Shown here: positions 9,059-18,666 of the stretch, in pieces
How the letters are laid out: the number at the start of each line of letters is the position of its first letter
How positions within the stretch are numbered: the stretch's first letter is position 1
Source of the DNA: Arcobacteraceae bacterium
GTDB lineage: Bacteria > Campylobacterota > Campylobacteria > Campylobacterales > Arcobacteraceae
Direction of reading: 5' to 3'
NCBI GenBank assembly: GCA_041694355.1
Contig: JASMTK010000012.1
Coordinates: 11,201 to 75,200 of the forward strand
Length of the DNA: 64,000 bases
Translations under genes and position numbers: made by a program
The notes under the pieces: model-generated
Told to the model about the DNA's origin: nothing
Databases searched by the model: none
What the model saw: the letters and a program-made list of their open reading frames with translations, nothing else

Positions 9059-10738
9059 ATACAAAATAGATTAATAAATGACACAATTTATAGTCACATA
9101 GAATATACAAAGCTTGAAGATAAAATTCTTCAAACAAAAACAGTTAATAGATTACAGTTTATAACTCAAAATGCATTAGCATATTTCTCTTATCCATCAA
9201 TTACGACTAAGAGATTTATACACTCTTTAGGGACAATGCATTTAGCTTCATTTATGTTTAAAAACTCTCTTTTAAATGCAAACAAAAGCGCTAAAAACTC
9301 TTTCTTGGATGAACTAAAAGAGGTGATTTATAAAATAATAAAAGAGGATAATTTAAAACTTGATTTAAAAGATATGGAGTATTTTGATAATAAAGCTTTA
9401 TATCAATTTAATATCCCAACGAAATCAAAATCCCATAGAGCAGCATACTGTATTGTTTTACAAACTATTAGAATAGTAGGTTTGCTTCACGATGTGGGTC
9501 ATTTACCTTTTTCTCACCAAATAGAATATGCCTTAAAAAAAGTTTACTATAAAATCATAGAAAAAGAGAAAAACAATGAAGCACTTTTAGGAAGAGAAGT
9601 AGAGTTTAAAAATACTTATGAAGAGATTACAGATTTTACAAACAATGTACTTCACGAAGCAATAGGAAATGAACTTTTAAAATTATTATTTAGATATGAA
9701 TTAAAAGATTTAATCAAGAAAAATGTAGATAAAGAGTACATAAAACTTATTGAAAGACTATCTTTACTTATACTTGAAGAAGAGACTTACAACGGCTTTG
9801 ATTTTAAGGTTTTACATAATTACATTGATAGTACAGTAGATGCAGATAGATTAGATTATGTAAATAGAGATATGTTAGCAAGTGGTTATATAACAGGTCC
9901 AAGTGATCATATCAGAATCACGAAACAGACAGTTTTAGTAAAACATAATGATAAATTTGTATTAAGCTTTTTTGATATGGCACTGATTGATATTGAGCAT
10001 ATGTTAGAAATGAGATTTAATCTTTATAAAAAAGTTATCTATAATCATGGAATTGCTAAAACAGATGCACTTTTAGAAAATGTGGTTCAATATCTTTCAA
10101 ATAACTATTTTAACAATAGAATTAATTCTGCAAATGGTGAAGATAATATCTCAATGCTTTGGAACTTTAAAAAAGATGATACTGAAAGAGAGTTAGATAC
10201 TATTTCTTTACTAGATGAGAACTGGCTAATCTCACTTTTCAAAAAAGAGTATTTTTTTATAAAAGAGAAACAAAAACAAACAGCTAGAGATAAAAAATAC
10301 CTTTATTGCTTTGAAGAGGTTTTATTTGGGAAAAGAAGGTTTAAATCCCACTGGAAAAACCTAAATGAATTCTATAAAGAGTTGGGGTTTGAAACGGTAC
10401 AAAGATATAAGTTTAGAGAGAGTTTTGGATATATTACAGAACATAGAGCAAAAGTTCTTCAAAAAGAGCTTGATGAGTTTACTAAAAGATGGGAAGATAA
10501 AAAAGAGGATATTTTCTTTACATATCAGATTGTATCATTTAAGATTGGTATTCAAAAAGACTTTTGTTTATTTGATGGTGAAAACCTAATAAACATCGAT
10601 GAAGTGTCAACTTTAAGAAAAAGACTTAAACACTCGATGCTAAATACTGTTCCTTTTTATATTTACTCAAATAAGAAAAACCTAAATGAAAAAATGAAAA
10701 AAGAGTTAAAAGAGATTATTTTAAAAATCTTCTCTTAA
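9059..10738 (+). CDS. SAMHD1/COG1078-like HD phosphohydrolase, probable ATA start (559 aa)
   Basis: Conserved N-terminus (NDTIYSHIE...RLQFITQ...YPS...RFIHSLG) lies upstream of the ORF-track Met 9236; LLHDVGH; DADRLDYVNRD; SD AAGGA 7 nt before ATA 9059; in-frame TAA at 9053-9055. Confidence 0.85.
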   Translation: MQNRLINDTIYSHIEYTKLEDKILQTKTVNRLQFITQNALAYFSYPSITTKRFIHSLGTMHLASFMFKNSLLNANKSAKNSFLDELKEVIYKIIKEDNLKLDLKDMEYFDNKALYQFNIPTKSKSHRAAYCIVLQTIRIVGLLHDVGHLPFSHQIEYALKKVYYKIIEKEKNNEALLGREVEFKNTYEEITDFTNNVLHEAIGNELLKLLFRYELKDLIKKNVDKEYIKLIERLSLLILEEETYNGFDFKVLHNYIDSTVDADRLDYVNRDMLASGYITGPSDHIRITKQTVLVKHNDKFVLSFFDMALIDIEHMLEMRFNLYKKVIYNHGIAKTDALLENVVQYLSNNYFNNRINSANGEDNISMLWNFKKDDTERELDTISLLDENWLISLFKKEYFFIKEKQKQTARDKKYLYCFEEVLFGKRRFKSHWKNLNEFYKELGFETVQRYKFRESFGYITEHRAKVLQKELDEFTKRWEDKKEDIFFTYQIVSFKIGIQKDFCLFDGENLINIDEVSTLRKRLKHSMLNTVPFYIYSNKKNLNEKMKKELKEIILKIFS

Positions 10739-10786
10739 TTCTTTAAAGAAGTTTTGATAAAATTCACCAAAAAATAAAGAGAGTTT

Positions 10787-11152
10787 ATGATTTTAGGTGA
10801 TTGTCCCTATTGTTCAGGAAAAGTTTTATCAAAAAATATAAATGTAAATGGTAAAAAAGTTAAGTTATATAGCTGTGAAAATTCAAAAAAAGAGTATGAT
10901 GAAAGTGAACAGTACGTTTTTTCAGCAGACTCAACTTGTAGATTTAGAGTCTATTCAAATGCTTTTAAAAGATGGAATAAAAGAAGTTTTAGTGAAAATG
11001 AGATGAAAAGACTTTTAAGAGAGCAGCAAGCTGTTGTAAGACTTCACGGTAGAAAAGGTACAAGTGAGTATTTCAAATATGTAATTCCCCATGAAGAGTA
11101 TGGAGTATCTATACTTTGGGAAGAAGAAGTAGAAGAGCAAGACACCTTTTAA
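10787..11152 (+). CDS. Small Cys-containing protein resembling a Zn-ribbon plus topoisomerase C-terminal repeat
   Basis: CPYC, further Cys residues, CRFRVY...SENEMKRLL pattern; own promoter TG-a-TAAAAT at 10755-10763. Confidence 0.5.
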   Translation: MILGDCPYCSGKVLSKNINVNGKKVKLYSCENSKKEYDESEQYVFSADSTCRFRVYSNAFKRWNKRSFSENEMKRLLREQQAVVRLHGRKGTSEYFKYVIPHEEYGVSILWEEEVEEQDTF

Positions 11153-11724
11153 AACAGGTGTCCAAAATGCTCTTTTTTTGTATTTATATAATTTTCGTTG
11201 TATTCATTCAACTGGGTTATAGCTGGAATCCTCTTTACTATTGTAACTCCAATTGACTCAACAAAATTGATTTTCTCAGGATTATTTGTGATTAACTTTA
11301 GTTGTTTTATATCTAAGTCATTTAAAATATACTCAACTATACTATAATCTCTTTCATCCTCTTTAAAGCCTAATTCAATATTAGCTTCAACTGTATTTCT
11401 TCCTTGGTCTTGTAAAGCATAGGCATTTACTTTATTTAACAATCCAATATTTCTACCTTCTTGACGATGATAAATAACTAAACCACCCTCATTTGAGATA
11501 AAATCTAACGCTAAATTTAGTTGATTTTGACAATCACACTTTAAACTACCAAGTGCATCACCTGTAAGACATTCGCTATGAATTCTAACATAAGGAGCTT
11601 CTAATTTTTCAAATCCATCACTCATAATTGCTAAATGTTCTTGTTCATTTTGCTTATATGCTTTAATATAAAATTTACCATGTTTAGATGGAAGTTTTGC
11701 AATATTTGATTTTAATATTTCCAT
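11149..11724 (-). CDS. ribA: GTP cyclohydrolase II
   Basis: VRIHSECLTGDALGSLKCDC; QEGRNIGL; LITNNP. Confidence 0.96.
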   Translation of the reverse strand: MEILKSNIAKLPSKHGKFYIKAYKQNEQEHLAIMSDGFEKLEAPYVRIHSECLTGDALGSLKCDCQNQLNLALDFISNEGGLVIYHRQEGRNIGLLNKVNAYALQDQGRNTVEANIELGFKEDERDYSIVEYILNDLDIKQLKLITNNPEKINFVESIGVTIVKRIPAITQLNEYNENYINTKKEHFGHLF

Positions 11725-11821
11725 AATCTATTCTCATTTATAATTTTGCAACAAAGTTGCAATTATTAATTATATAGATTTTTTCTTAAATAAGAGTAAA
11801 AGTATCCTGTTTAGAAGAGTT

Positions 11822-11848
11822 TTAAAAGAGAGGTAGACTCTCTTTTAA
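11822..11848 (-). terminator. Intrinsic terminator after ppiC
   Basis: TTAAAAGAGAG-gtaga-CTCTCTTTTAA perfect hairpin. Confidence 0.7.
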
Positions 11849-12130
11849 TTAATCATTTCTAGAAGTTGTTTCTAATAAGTGGTATCCAAACTGTGTTTGT
11901 ACTGGTCCATGAACTACATTTAATTCATCATTAAACACTACTTTATCAAACTCTGGAACCATTTGACCTTGAAAAAATGTACCTAAATCTCCACCTTGTG
12001 CACCTGATGGACATTTTGAATACTCTTTTGCTAAATCTTCAAATTTTTCACCATTTTCAATTCTTTGTTTTAATTCATTACATTGTTCTTCTGTTTCAAC
12101 TAATAAGTGTCTTGCACTTGCTGATTTCAT
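11849..12130 (-). CDS. ppiC: Parvulin-type peptidyl-prolyl isomerase
   Basis: ARHLLV; FEDLAKEYSKCPSGAQGGDLG; TQFGYHL; 93 aa. Confidence 0.93.
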   Translation of the reverse strand: MKSASARHLLVETEEQCNELKQRIENGEKFEDLAKEYSKCPSGAQGGDLGTFFQGQMVPEFDKVVFNDELNVVHGPVQTQFGYHLLETTSRND

Positions 12131-12172
12131 ATTTATCCTTTATATTTTTTAAAAACAGAAGTCTATCATAAT

Positions 12173-14614
12173 CTAATTAAAAAATTCTATAGCATTCTTA
12201 CCCTGTTTTTTAGCAGCATACATAGCTGTATCAGCCTGCTTTATAATCTGTTTTGGATTTATTGAAGCATCTTTGAATAGAGTAACTCCAATACTTGGTG
12301 TTGATATATTTTTGTGACCATTTATCTCTTTTATATCATTTAAAGAGTCTTTTACTTTACTTGCTAAAACCTCTAAGTTTTCTTTTGCCTCTTTTGAATC
12401 ACTTGCGATACAATCAACTAGTATAATAAACTCATCCCCACCAATTCTAGCTATGGTATCCTCTTCTCTTACAGTCTCTTTTAACTTTTGTGCAACCATA
12501 AAAAGAAGTTTATCTCCAATATCATGTCCTAAAGTGTCATTTATAGCTTTAAAGTTATCCAAATCAATAAATATTAATCCACCAACAACATTATGTCTTA
12601 CTGTTTTTGTAATTGCATGTTCTATTCTATCAAGTAGTAAAAGTCTATTTGGTAATCCTGTTAGATTATCATGTGTTGCTTGATACTCTAATACCTTTTG
12701 TCTATCTATTTGCTCACTAATATCTATGTATTGACCCAAATAGTGCGTGATATTACCCTCTGCATCTTTTATAGCAGTAATTGTTGCCCTTAAAGGAATT
12801 TTTTGCTTACTTTTCTTGGTATTATATATTTCACCACTCCAAGCACCATAACTTAAAAGTTCACTCCACATATTTTCATAAAATCTTCTATCTTGATGCT
12901 TAGATTTAAACATACTAGGTCTTCTTCCAATAACCTCTTCTTTTGCATATCCCATAACTTTACAAAATGCATTATTTGCATTAATTATAAAAGAATCCCT
13001 ATCCGTAATAATCATAGGCTCATTTGATTCAAAGGCATAGGATGCTAGTTTTAATTCACTCTCCTGCTCTTTTCTATTCTTTTCATAATCAATTTTTTCT
13101 AAAGCATGAGTCATATCATTTATCATCTTTTCAAACAGTATCTCTATCTCTTCATCAAAAAAGTGACTTTCATTTGAGTATAAAACTAAAACTGAAACAA
13201 TTTTATCAAACTTCTTAATAGGAAATGCAGCTGCTGATTTGATATTGAATTCATCTGCAATATCAGATATAAAAGAGCTATCATCTTCATCATAATCATA
13301 TACAATAACGTCTTGTTTAGTATCAAGTACCTTTGTAACTAAATTCCCTCTATATTTTTCACTTTTAAATCTCTCATCAAGGATATTTTTTAACTCACCT
13401 TGCTGTGAAATAAGATTGAAACTTTTATCTTTTTTAATCTTATAAATAAATGCATATGACATTTTATGGTTTTGTGATATTAACTTACATATTTTACTAA
13501 ACAATATTTTTTCATCATCAATTTTCAACAAAAACTTATTAGTTCTATTTAAAAGTTTATAAACCTCTTGTTGTTTTTTAATCTTTGTAAAACTCTTTTG
13601 TTCATTTAAAATAATACTTCTTAAAACAAATAACAGACTAATCAAAGTAGCAAAAGAGACTAAAAGAAAAGTAAGACTTAATATCTGAGCTATATATGCA
13701 TCTCTTTGTAACTCTTTTGAGTATTTTGCGATTCTTTTTAGTAAATAATCATACACTCTATTTAGTGATTCATTTTTTAAAGAAGACAACTCCCACCACT
13801 TATCTAATGAAACTTTTGGTAGTTTATTATCTCTTATTCTTTTTTCAATTTGTTCAATCTTATTAGTTAAATCGTAAGGTAGTTCTTGGTTATATTTATT
13901 TGTTTCATTTAAATTTGCTTTTAATAAAAACTGTTTTTTATTAATTTTTTCTAAAACATCTCTTCTTTCTATCTCTTTAATAAGTTCTAAGTTTATGTTT
14001 GAAGATAGTATTGCTTTAGATACTAAAAGCTGTTTTAAAGAGGAGTTCTCTTTTTGTTCTAATAAATTTATTAAGTATGAAAATTTATTGTTAAAGTTTG
14101 TTGCACTTTCAATTGGCTTTAAATCATGTATTGTACCAATTAAGTTTTCAACAATTGATTCATACTCATAAAAGAAGTTAAACTTATGTTTTTCACTCTT
14201 ACTTAGTATATCTTCTCTTATATCCTTTATCCTACGAAAGTTAAGCTGTATATCTTTGATTGATTTATTAAAGTGAGTTTGAATATCTATTTTCAAACTT
14301 TTATCTAAATATTTACTATAGTATTTGTTTGTTTTTAATATCTGTTTTTCTAACTCTTTTTTATTTATCTTGTTTTGATTATAGATTAAAGCTAAGCTTC
14401 GCTCTTTTTGTAGAGTATTTATAAAACTTTGCGTAATTTGAGTGTATTCTAGGTTTTTCTCTACATTAGTCAATTCACTTAAAGTTCGAATTTTCTCATA
14501 AACTAATACTGTACTAAAATAGAGCATTCCAATAGCAGGAAGAGTAAATACTAGTATTATTTTAAGAAATAATGTATTTTTTAATAAAAAAAACTTTATT
14601 AGTCTATTTAGCAT
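12173..14614 (-). CDS. Membrane diguanylate cyclase (NIT-like, GAF, PAS, GGDEF)
   Basis: Periplasmic region with LQKER; GAF-like AAFP; PAS/PAC; HDNLTGLPNR; intact GGDEF with RxxD I-site (REED). Confidence 0.87.
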   Translation of the reverse strand: MLNRLIKFFLLKNTLFLKIILVFTLPAIGMLYFSTVLVYEKIRTLSELTNVEKNLEYTQITQSFINTLQKERSLALIYNQNKINKKELEKQILKTNKYYSKYLDKSLKIDIQTHFNKSIKDIQLNFRRIKDIREDILSKSEKHKFNFFYEYESIVENLIGTIHDLKPIESATNFNNKFSYLINLLEQKENSSLKQLLVSKAILSSNINLELIKEIERRDVLEKINKKQFLLKANLNETNKYNQELPYDLTNKIEQIEKRIRDNKLPKVSLDKWWELSSLKNESLNRVYDYLLKRIAKYSKELQRDAYIAQILSLTFLLVSFATLISLLFVLRSIILNEQKSFTKIKKQQEVYKLLNRTNKFLLKIDDEKILFSKICKLISQNHKMSYAFIYKIKKDKSFNLISQQGELKNILDERFKSEKYRGNLVTKVLDTKQDVIVYDYDEDDSSFISDIADEFNIKSAAAFPIKKFDKIVSVLVLYSNESHFFDEEIEILFEKMINDMTHALEKIDYEKNRKEQESELKLASYAFESNEPMIITDRDSFIINANNAFCKVMGYAKEEVIGRRPSMFKSKHQDRRFYENMWSELLSYGAWSGEIYNTKKSKQKIPLRATITAIKDAEGNITHYLGQYIDISEQIDRQKVLEYQATHDNLTGLPNRLLLLDRIEHAITKTVRHNVVGGLIFIDLDNFKAINDTLGHDIGDKLLFMVAQKLKETVREEDTIARIGGDEFIILVDCIASDSKEAKENLEVLASKVKDSLNDIKEINGHKNISTPSIGVTLFKDASINPKQIIKQADTAMYAAKKQGKNAIEFFN

Positions 14615-14704
14615 TTGTTCCTTCCCTTTAATCTTCTATTATATTTCAAATTTCCTAAAATACAAATAATAAACATTATTAAATGAGAGTTGAATGACTG
14701 TTTA

Positions 14705-16072
14705 TTACTTTTTGAAAACCCTAAAAAACTTCTTTTTAATTCTATTTTTTCTAAGACCATTGTATGCTTTAGATAGAACCTCTTTTTTAACAGCCACATA
14801 AGTACAAAAATCATAAGAAGTGATTTTTCCTATATCATTTTTATCAAGCCCTAACCCAGCTGTTAATGCACCTAAAATATCACCAGGTCTTAACTTCTGT
14901 TTTTTACCGCCATTTATATATAAAACCCTAAATTCACTATCTATTTCAAACTCATCATTTGCTTTTATATCGTCAAGTTTTCTAATAGACAAATCATCAA
15001 AAATCTCTTTTAATATCTCAACTTTATCAAAGTCTCTATTTTCATAAAAAGAGATAGCAACTCCACCTTTCCCTGCTCTAGCTGTTCTTCCTATTCTATG
15101 AGTATGAACTTTTTCATCTTTTGCTAAATCATAGTTTATAACTAAATCAATATCATCTATATGTAAACCTCTTGAAGCAACATCTGTAGCTATTAATACA
15201 GGATAAGATTTACTTGAAAATAGTGTTATTATCTCATCTCTTTCTCTTTGCTCTAAATCTGAATGTAATGTAAGTACATCAAGTCCCATATCAAAAAGTT
15301 CATCTGCTAACTCTTCACAAGTTATTTTCATATTACAAAAAATCAAAGTTGTTAAGGCTTGTTTCTCTCTTATAATTGAAGAGACAAATGAGGTTTTATT
15401 TTTATCTTGTAGATCAAATAACTCTTGTGTTATTTTTGCTTTTTCTTCATTTTTAACTTCAATCTGTACTGGATCAGTTAAAACAAATGAAGCAAGTTGT
15501 TTTATATTTTCCTCATAAGTTGCAGAGAACAACATAGTCTGTCTTTTTTTAGGAAGTGCTTCTATGATTTTTGAGATATCATCTAAAAACCCCATATCTA
15601 GCATCTTATCTGCTTCATCTAAAACTAATGTATCAAGATCATCAAAAGAGATATTCTCTTCATTTATATGTTGTAAAACTCTTCCTGGTGTTGCTACAAT
15701 AATATGAGCTCCGTGATACAATGAAGCTACTTGAGGCTTAAAAGGAACTCCACCTGTCAAAGTTAAAACTTTTACATTATGAATATGCCTAGATAACTTT
15801 CTAATTTCTTGTGCTATTTGATTTGCTAATTCTCTTGTTGGTGCTAAAACTAAAGATTGAATCCTAAATTTTTTAACATCAAGCTTTGTAACTATAGGAA
15901 TAGAAAAAGATACAGTTTTTCCAGAGCCTGTTTTTGCCCTTGCAATAATATCTTTATTTTGAAGACTATGTGGTAATGACAGTTCTTGAATCTCTGTCAT
16001 ATTTGTATAATCAAGAGTTTCTAAGTTTTTTAAAAACTCAGTGTTAAGTTTTAATTGTTTAAAAGTAGCTAT
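14705..16072 (-). CDS. dbpA: 23S rRNA-specific DEAD-box RNA helicase, probable ATA start (455 aa)
   Basis: AKTGSGKT; DEAD; SAT; HRIGRTAR; C-terminal GGKKQKLRPGDILGA RNA-binding domain; Q-motif region (FKQLKL...MTEIQ) upstream of ORF-track Met 16000; SD AAAGG 7 nt before ATA 16072. Confidence 0.9.
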   Translation of the reverse strand: MATFKQLKLNTEFLKNLETLDYTNMTEIQELSLPHSLQNKDIIARAKTGSGKTVSFSIPIVTKLDVKKFRIQSLVLAPTRELANQIAQEIRKLSRHIHNVKVLTLTGGVPFKPQVASLYHGAHIIVATPGRVLQHINEENISFDDLDTLVLDEADKMLDMGFLDDISKIIEALPKKRQTMLFSATYEENIKQLASFVLTDPVQIEVKNEEKAKITQELFDLQDKNKTSFVSSIIREKQALTTLIFCNMKITCEELADELFDMGLDVLTLHSDLEQRERDEIITLFSSKSYPVLIATDVASRGLHIDDIDLVINYDLAKDEKVHTHRIGRTARAGKGGVAISFYENRDFDKVEILKEIFDDLSIRKLDDIKANDEFEIDSEFRVLYINGGKKQKLRPGDILGALTAGLGLDKNDIGKITSYDFCTYVAVKKEVLSKAYNGLRKNRIKKKFFRVFKK

Positions 16073-16094
16073 GTTTTTGCCTTTGTTTTATTTC

Positions 16095-16103
16095 ATTATA
16101 ACA
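16095..16103 (-). promoter_or_regulatory. Extended -10 promoter of dbpA
   Basis: TG-t-TATAAT on the minus strand. Confidence 0.6.
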
Positions 16104-16110
16104 CAAACTA

Positions 16111-16140
16111 AAAAGATATAGAAGTAAATCTATATCTTTT
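16111..16140. terminator. Terminator hairpin overlapping the DedA stop codon
   Basis: AAAAGATATAGA-agtaaa-TCTATATCTTTT perfect 12-bp stem. Confidence 0.7.
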
Positions 16141-16660
16141 TGAAATAGTATGAAACTCCAAGCAAAATAACAGCAACAATTCCTAAGCCTATATATTTAA
16201 ATTCATCTGCAGAACTTAAGATAACTTCACCTGCTGTATATGAAGCATAACCAACTACAACAGCCCATAAAGCTGTTGCAAAAATATTAAAAACTGAGAA
16301 CTTAACCCCTGAATACTTTGTAAGTCCCATAGCTAGTGGTATTAATGTTTTAATTCCATAAATATATTTTTGGAAGAAAATCACAAAAGAACCGTATCTT
16401 CTCATCATTAGATGGGCCATTGCTATTTTTCTACCATACTTTTTCATCATATCTTTTGCATAAGATTTATTTTTTCTAGCTAAGAAGAAGAGGAACTGGT
16501 CTCCTAAAAAGTTAGAAACTCCTGCAACAGCAATAGAGATATATAGATTTAAATCTCCCGCATAAGATAAAATACCAGCAAAAACTAAACCAACAAATCC
16601 CCCACCAAAGGAATATGCAAATAGTGCTATATATCCCCAGTCTCTAATCAACTCTTCCAT
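16130..16660 (-). CDS. DedA family membrane protein
   Basis: LGDQFLFFLAR; FFQKYIYGIKT; FSVFNIFATALWA. Confidence 0.85.
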   Translation of the reverse strand: MEELIRDWGYIALFAYSFGGGFVGLVFAGILSYAGDLNLYISIAVAGVSNFLGDQFLFFLARKNKSYAKDMMKKYGRKIAMAHLMMRRYGSFVIFFQKYIYGIKTLIPLAMGLTKYSGVKFSVFNIFATALWAVVVGYASYTAGEVILSSADEFKYIGLGIVAVILLGVSYYFKKI

Positions 16661-17293
16661 TTATACCTCTATATTAAAATACTCGCAAGCTTCACTTGCA
16701 TCTTCATCATCTAAATCAATTTTTCCATTTTTCAAAGACTCTTTAGCAGTTTTCACAATAAAATCATAAACCTCTTTTCTTACATTATCTATGTCATTTA
16801 TAACTGCAAAACCACTAAATTGAACTTCATTTTCATAACAAAGAAGAGTACCCTCACAAGTCTCTTCTATAAAATCCGTTATTTGTCTATATGAAATTTC
16901 TAAAGCACTTCCATGCCAACCATACTCTTCTAATAAGCTATCTTCAAAAATCTCTACACCATCACTTTGATGATCAAAATATAGCATACTAGTCTTATTT
17001 AACTCAATAATTTCTTGCCAATTTGATAAAGGTTTTAAAACACACTTTGTACCTAAAAAACTTGGTTTATACTTATTAAATATTTTAAAAACCATATCTT
17101 TTAAATCATTTTTATCAAATTCAGTCTCGTCTAACTTCTCGTTTTTAAAAACCAATATCTTATTTTTTATTTCATCTTCACTATTTAATAGATTTCCATC
17201 TAAGTCAATAGCTAAAAAATTAGTTGTAGTTTTCTCGTTTAATTCTTGAATATCAATCTCTATACTTATATCTTTTATATTTACTTTCTTCAT
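16661..17293 (-). CDS. Acidic hypothetical protein
   Basis: 210-aa ORF with SD AGGA, abutting dedA; no recognised motif. Confidence 0.65.
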   Translation of the reverse strand: MKKVNIKDISIEIDIQELNEKTTTNFLAIDLDGNLLNSEDEIKNKILVFKNEKLDETEFDKNDLKDMVFKIFNKYKPSFLGTKCVLKPLSNWQEIIELNKTSMLYFDHQSDGVEIFEDSLLEEYGWHGSALEISYRQITDFIEETCEGTLLCYENEVQFSGFAVINDIDNVRKEVYDFIVKTAKESLKNGKIDLDDEDASEACEYFNIEV

Positions 17294-17400
17294 ATTTATT
17301 CCTAAATTAAAGTTTTTGGATTTTATCTAAAAGAGTATTAAACATAAATTTTTAGAGAATTTTTCTATTTTTTACAACTCTTAAAGTTTAGTTATATATA

Positions 17401-18666
17401 ATGGTTCCTATATTTACAAAAAGGTTATTTTTGTCTTTTAAAGGTTATATTTACAATTTTTTATATAAAAGCAATGTAAAAACTCTATTTTTAATAGATA
17501 TTCTTTATATGAAAGATATTAATGCAATTTATAGATTCAATAATGGTGATTATATAATCGCTCAGCTAAAATCGCTTCTTAAAAAGAAGATAATAAAACT
17601 TATAAAGAAAAAACTTAGAAAAAAGTGTTTAATTCATACAAATAATTTACATGCTGATGTATTCGCTATTACTGTATATGAAAATTTAACCCAAGATGAA
17701 ATACTTACTGTAAAAGACTTGATTTTTAAAAAGATTATAAACCATAATTTTCTTTTAAAAAACAAACAAAACTCTATAAATCTTGATGTAACAATTGGAT
17801 GTTCTAAATCAAGAGATAATATGATTAGAATCTATGCGGAAAAAGCCTTATACAATGCAAAATTAAATGGAATTCATTATGCTTATTATGACTCAAAACT
17901 TTATGATAGTGAAAATATAAATGAAAGCATTTTAGAAATACTAAACTACAATATTTCAAATAACTTAGTAGAACCCTTCTTTCAACCAATCATAGATACA
18001 AAAACTGAAGAGGTTGAAAAATATGAAGCCTTAATGAGAATATATGATAAAGAGGGAAATATCCTCTCCCCTTTTGTTTATATTCACAAAGCGAAGAAAG
18101 CAAGACTTTATACTAAATTAATGGAAATTTTAATAACTAAAGTTGTTGAATATATAAAAGAGTATAAAATCAATGTAAGTATTAACCTTGATTATACTGA
18201 TATTTTAAACCCCTACTTTAAAAAATCACTACTTGCTAAAATAAATACAAATAAAATAGGAAAGTATCTAACTATTGAGATTTTAGAGGGTGAAAGAATT
18301 TCAAACTATGACATGGTAAATGATTTTATAAAAGCTTTGAGAAAATATGATGTAAAAATAGCTATTGATGATTTTGGTACAGGATTTTCAAACTATGAGT
18401 ATATTCTTAGTTTAGATATTGACTATATCAAAATTGATGGCTCTTTAATCAAAAAAATAGATGAGGATATATACCTAAACCTTGTAAAAAGTATAGTTTT
18501 GTTTAGTAAGCAACAAGATATAAAAATAGTTGCAGAGTTTGTAAGTGATTTGAAGATATTAAGATATGTTAATGCTATAGGTATTGATTATGCTCAAGGA
18601 TTCTATTTAGGTAAACCACAAAGTATTGAGACGATTTTTGGAGAAATAAATGAAAAAAGAACTTAG
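17401..18666 (+). CDS. EAL phosphodiesterase with degenerate N-terminal GGDEF domain
   Basis: YEALMR; IEILE; DDFGTGFS; KIDG; AEFV; QG; GGDEF position reads HADVF; start uncertain (no SD). Confidence 0.85.
   Translation: MVPIFTKRLFLSFKGYIYNFLYKSNVKTLFLIDILYMKDINAIYRFNNGDYIIAQLKSLLKKKIIKLIKKKLRKKCLIHTNNLHADVFAITVYENLTQDEILTVKDLIFKKIINHNFLLKNKQNSINLDVTIGCSKSRDNMIRIYAEKALYNAKLNGIHYAYYDSKLYDSENINESILEILNYNISNNLVEPFFQPIIDTKTEEVEKYEALMRIYDKEGNILSPFVYIHKAKKARLYTKLMEILITKVVEYIKEYKINVSINLDYTDILNPYFKKSLLAKINTNKIGKYLTIEILEGERISNYDMVNDFIKALRKYDVKIAIDDFGTGFSNYEYILSLDIDYIKIDGSLIKKIDEDIYLNLVKSIVLFSKQQDIKIVAEFVSDLKILRYVNAIGIDYAQGFYLGKPQSIETIFGEINEKRT

Noticed and set aside
11725-11848. FMN riboswitch upstream of ribA
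   Set aside because: Region is too short and AT-rich and lacks the conserved RFN core sequences
14608-14814. 68-aa ORF overlapping the dbpA 3' end and the cyclase start
   Set aside because: Out-of-frame overlap with dbpA, no SD and no motif
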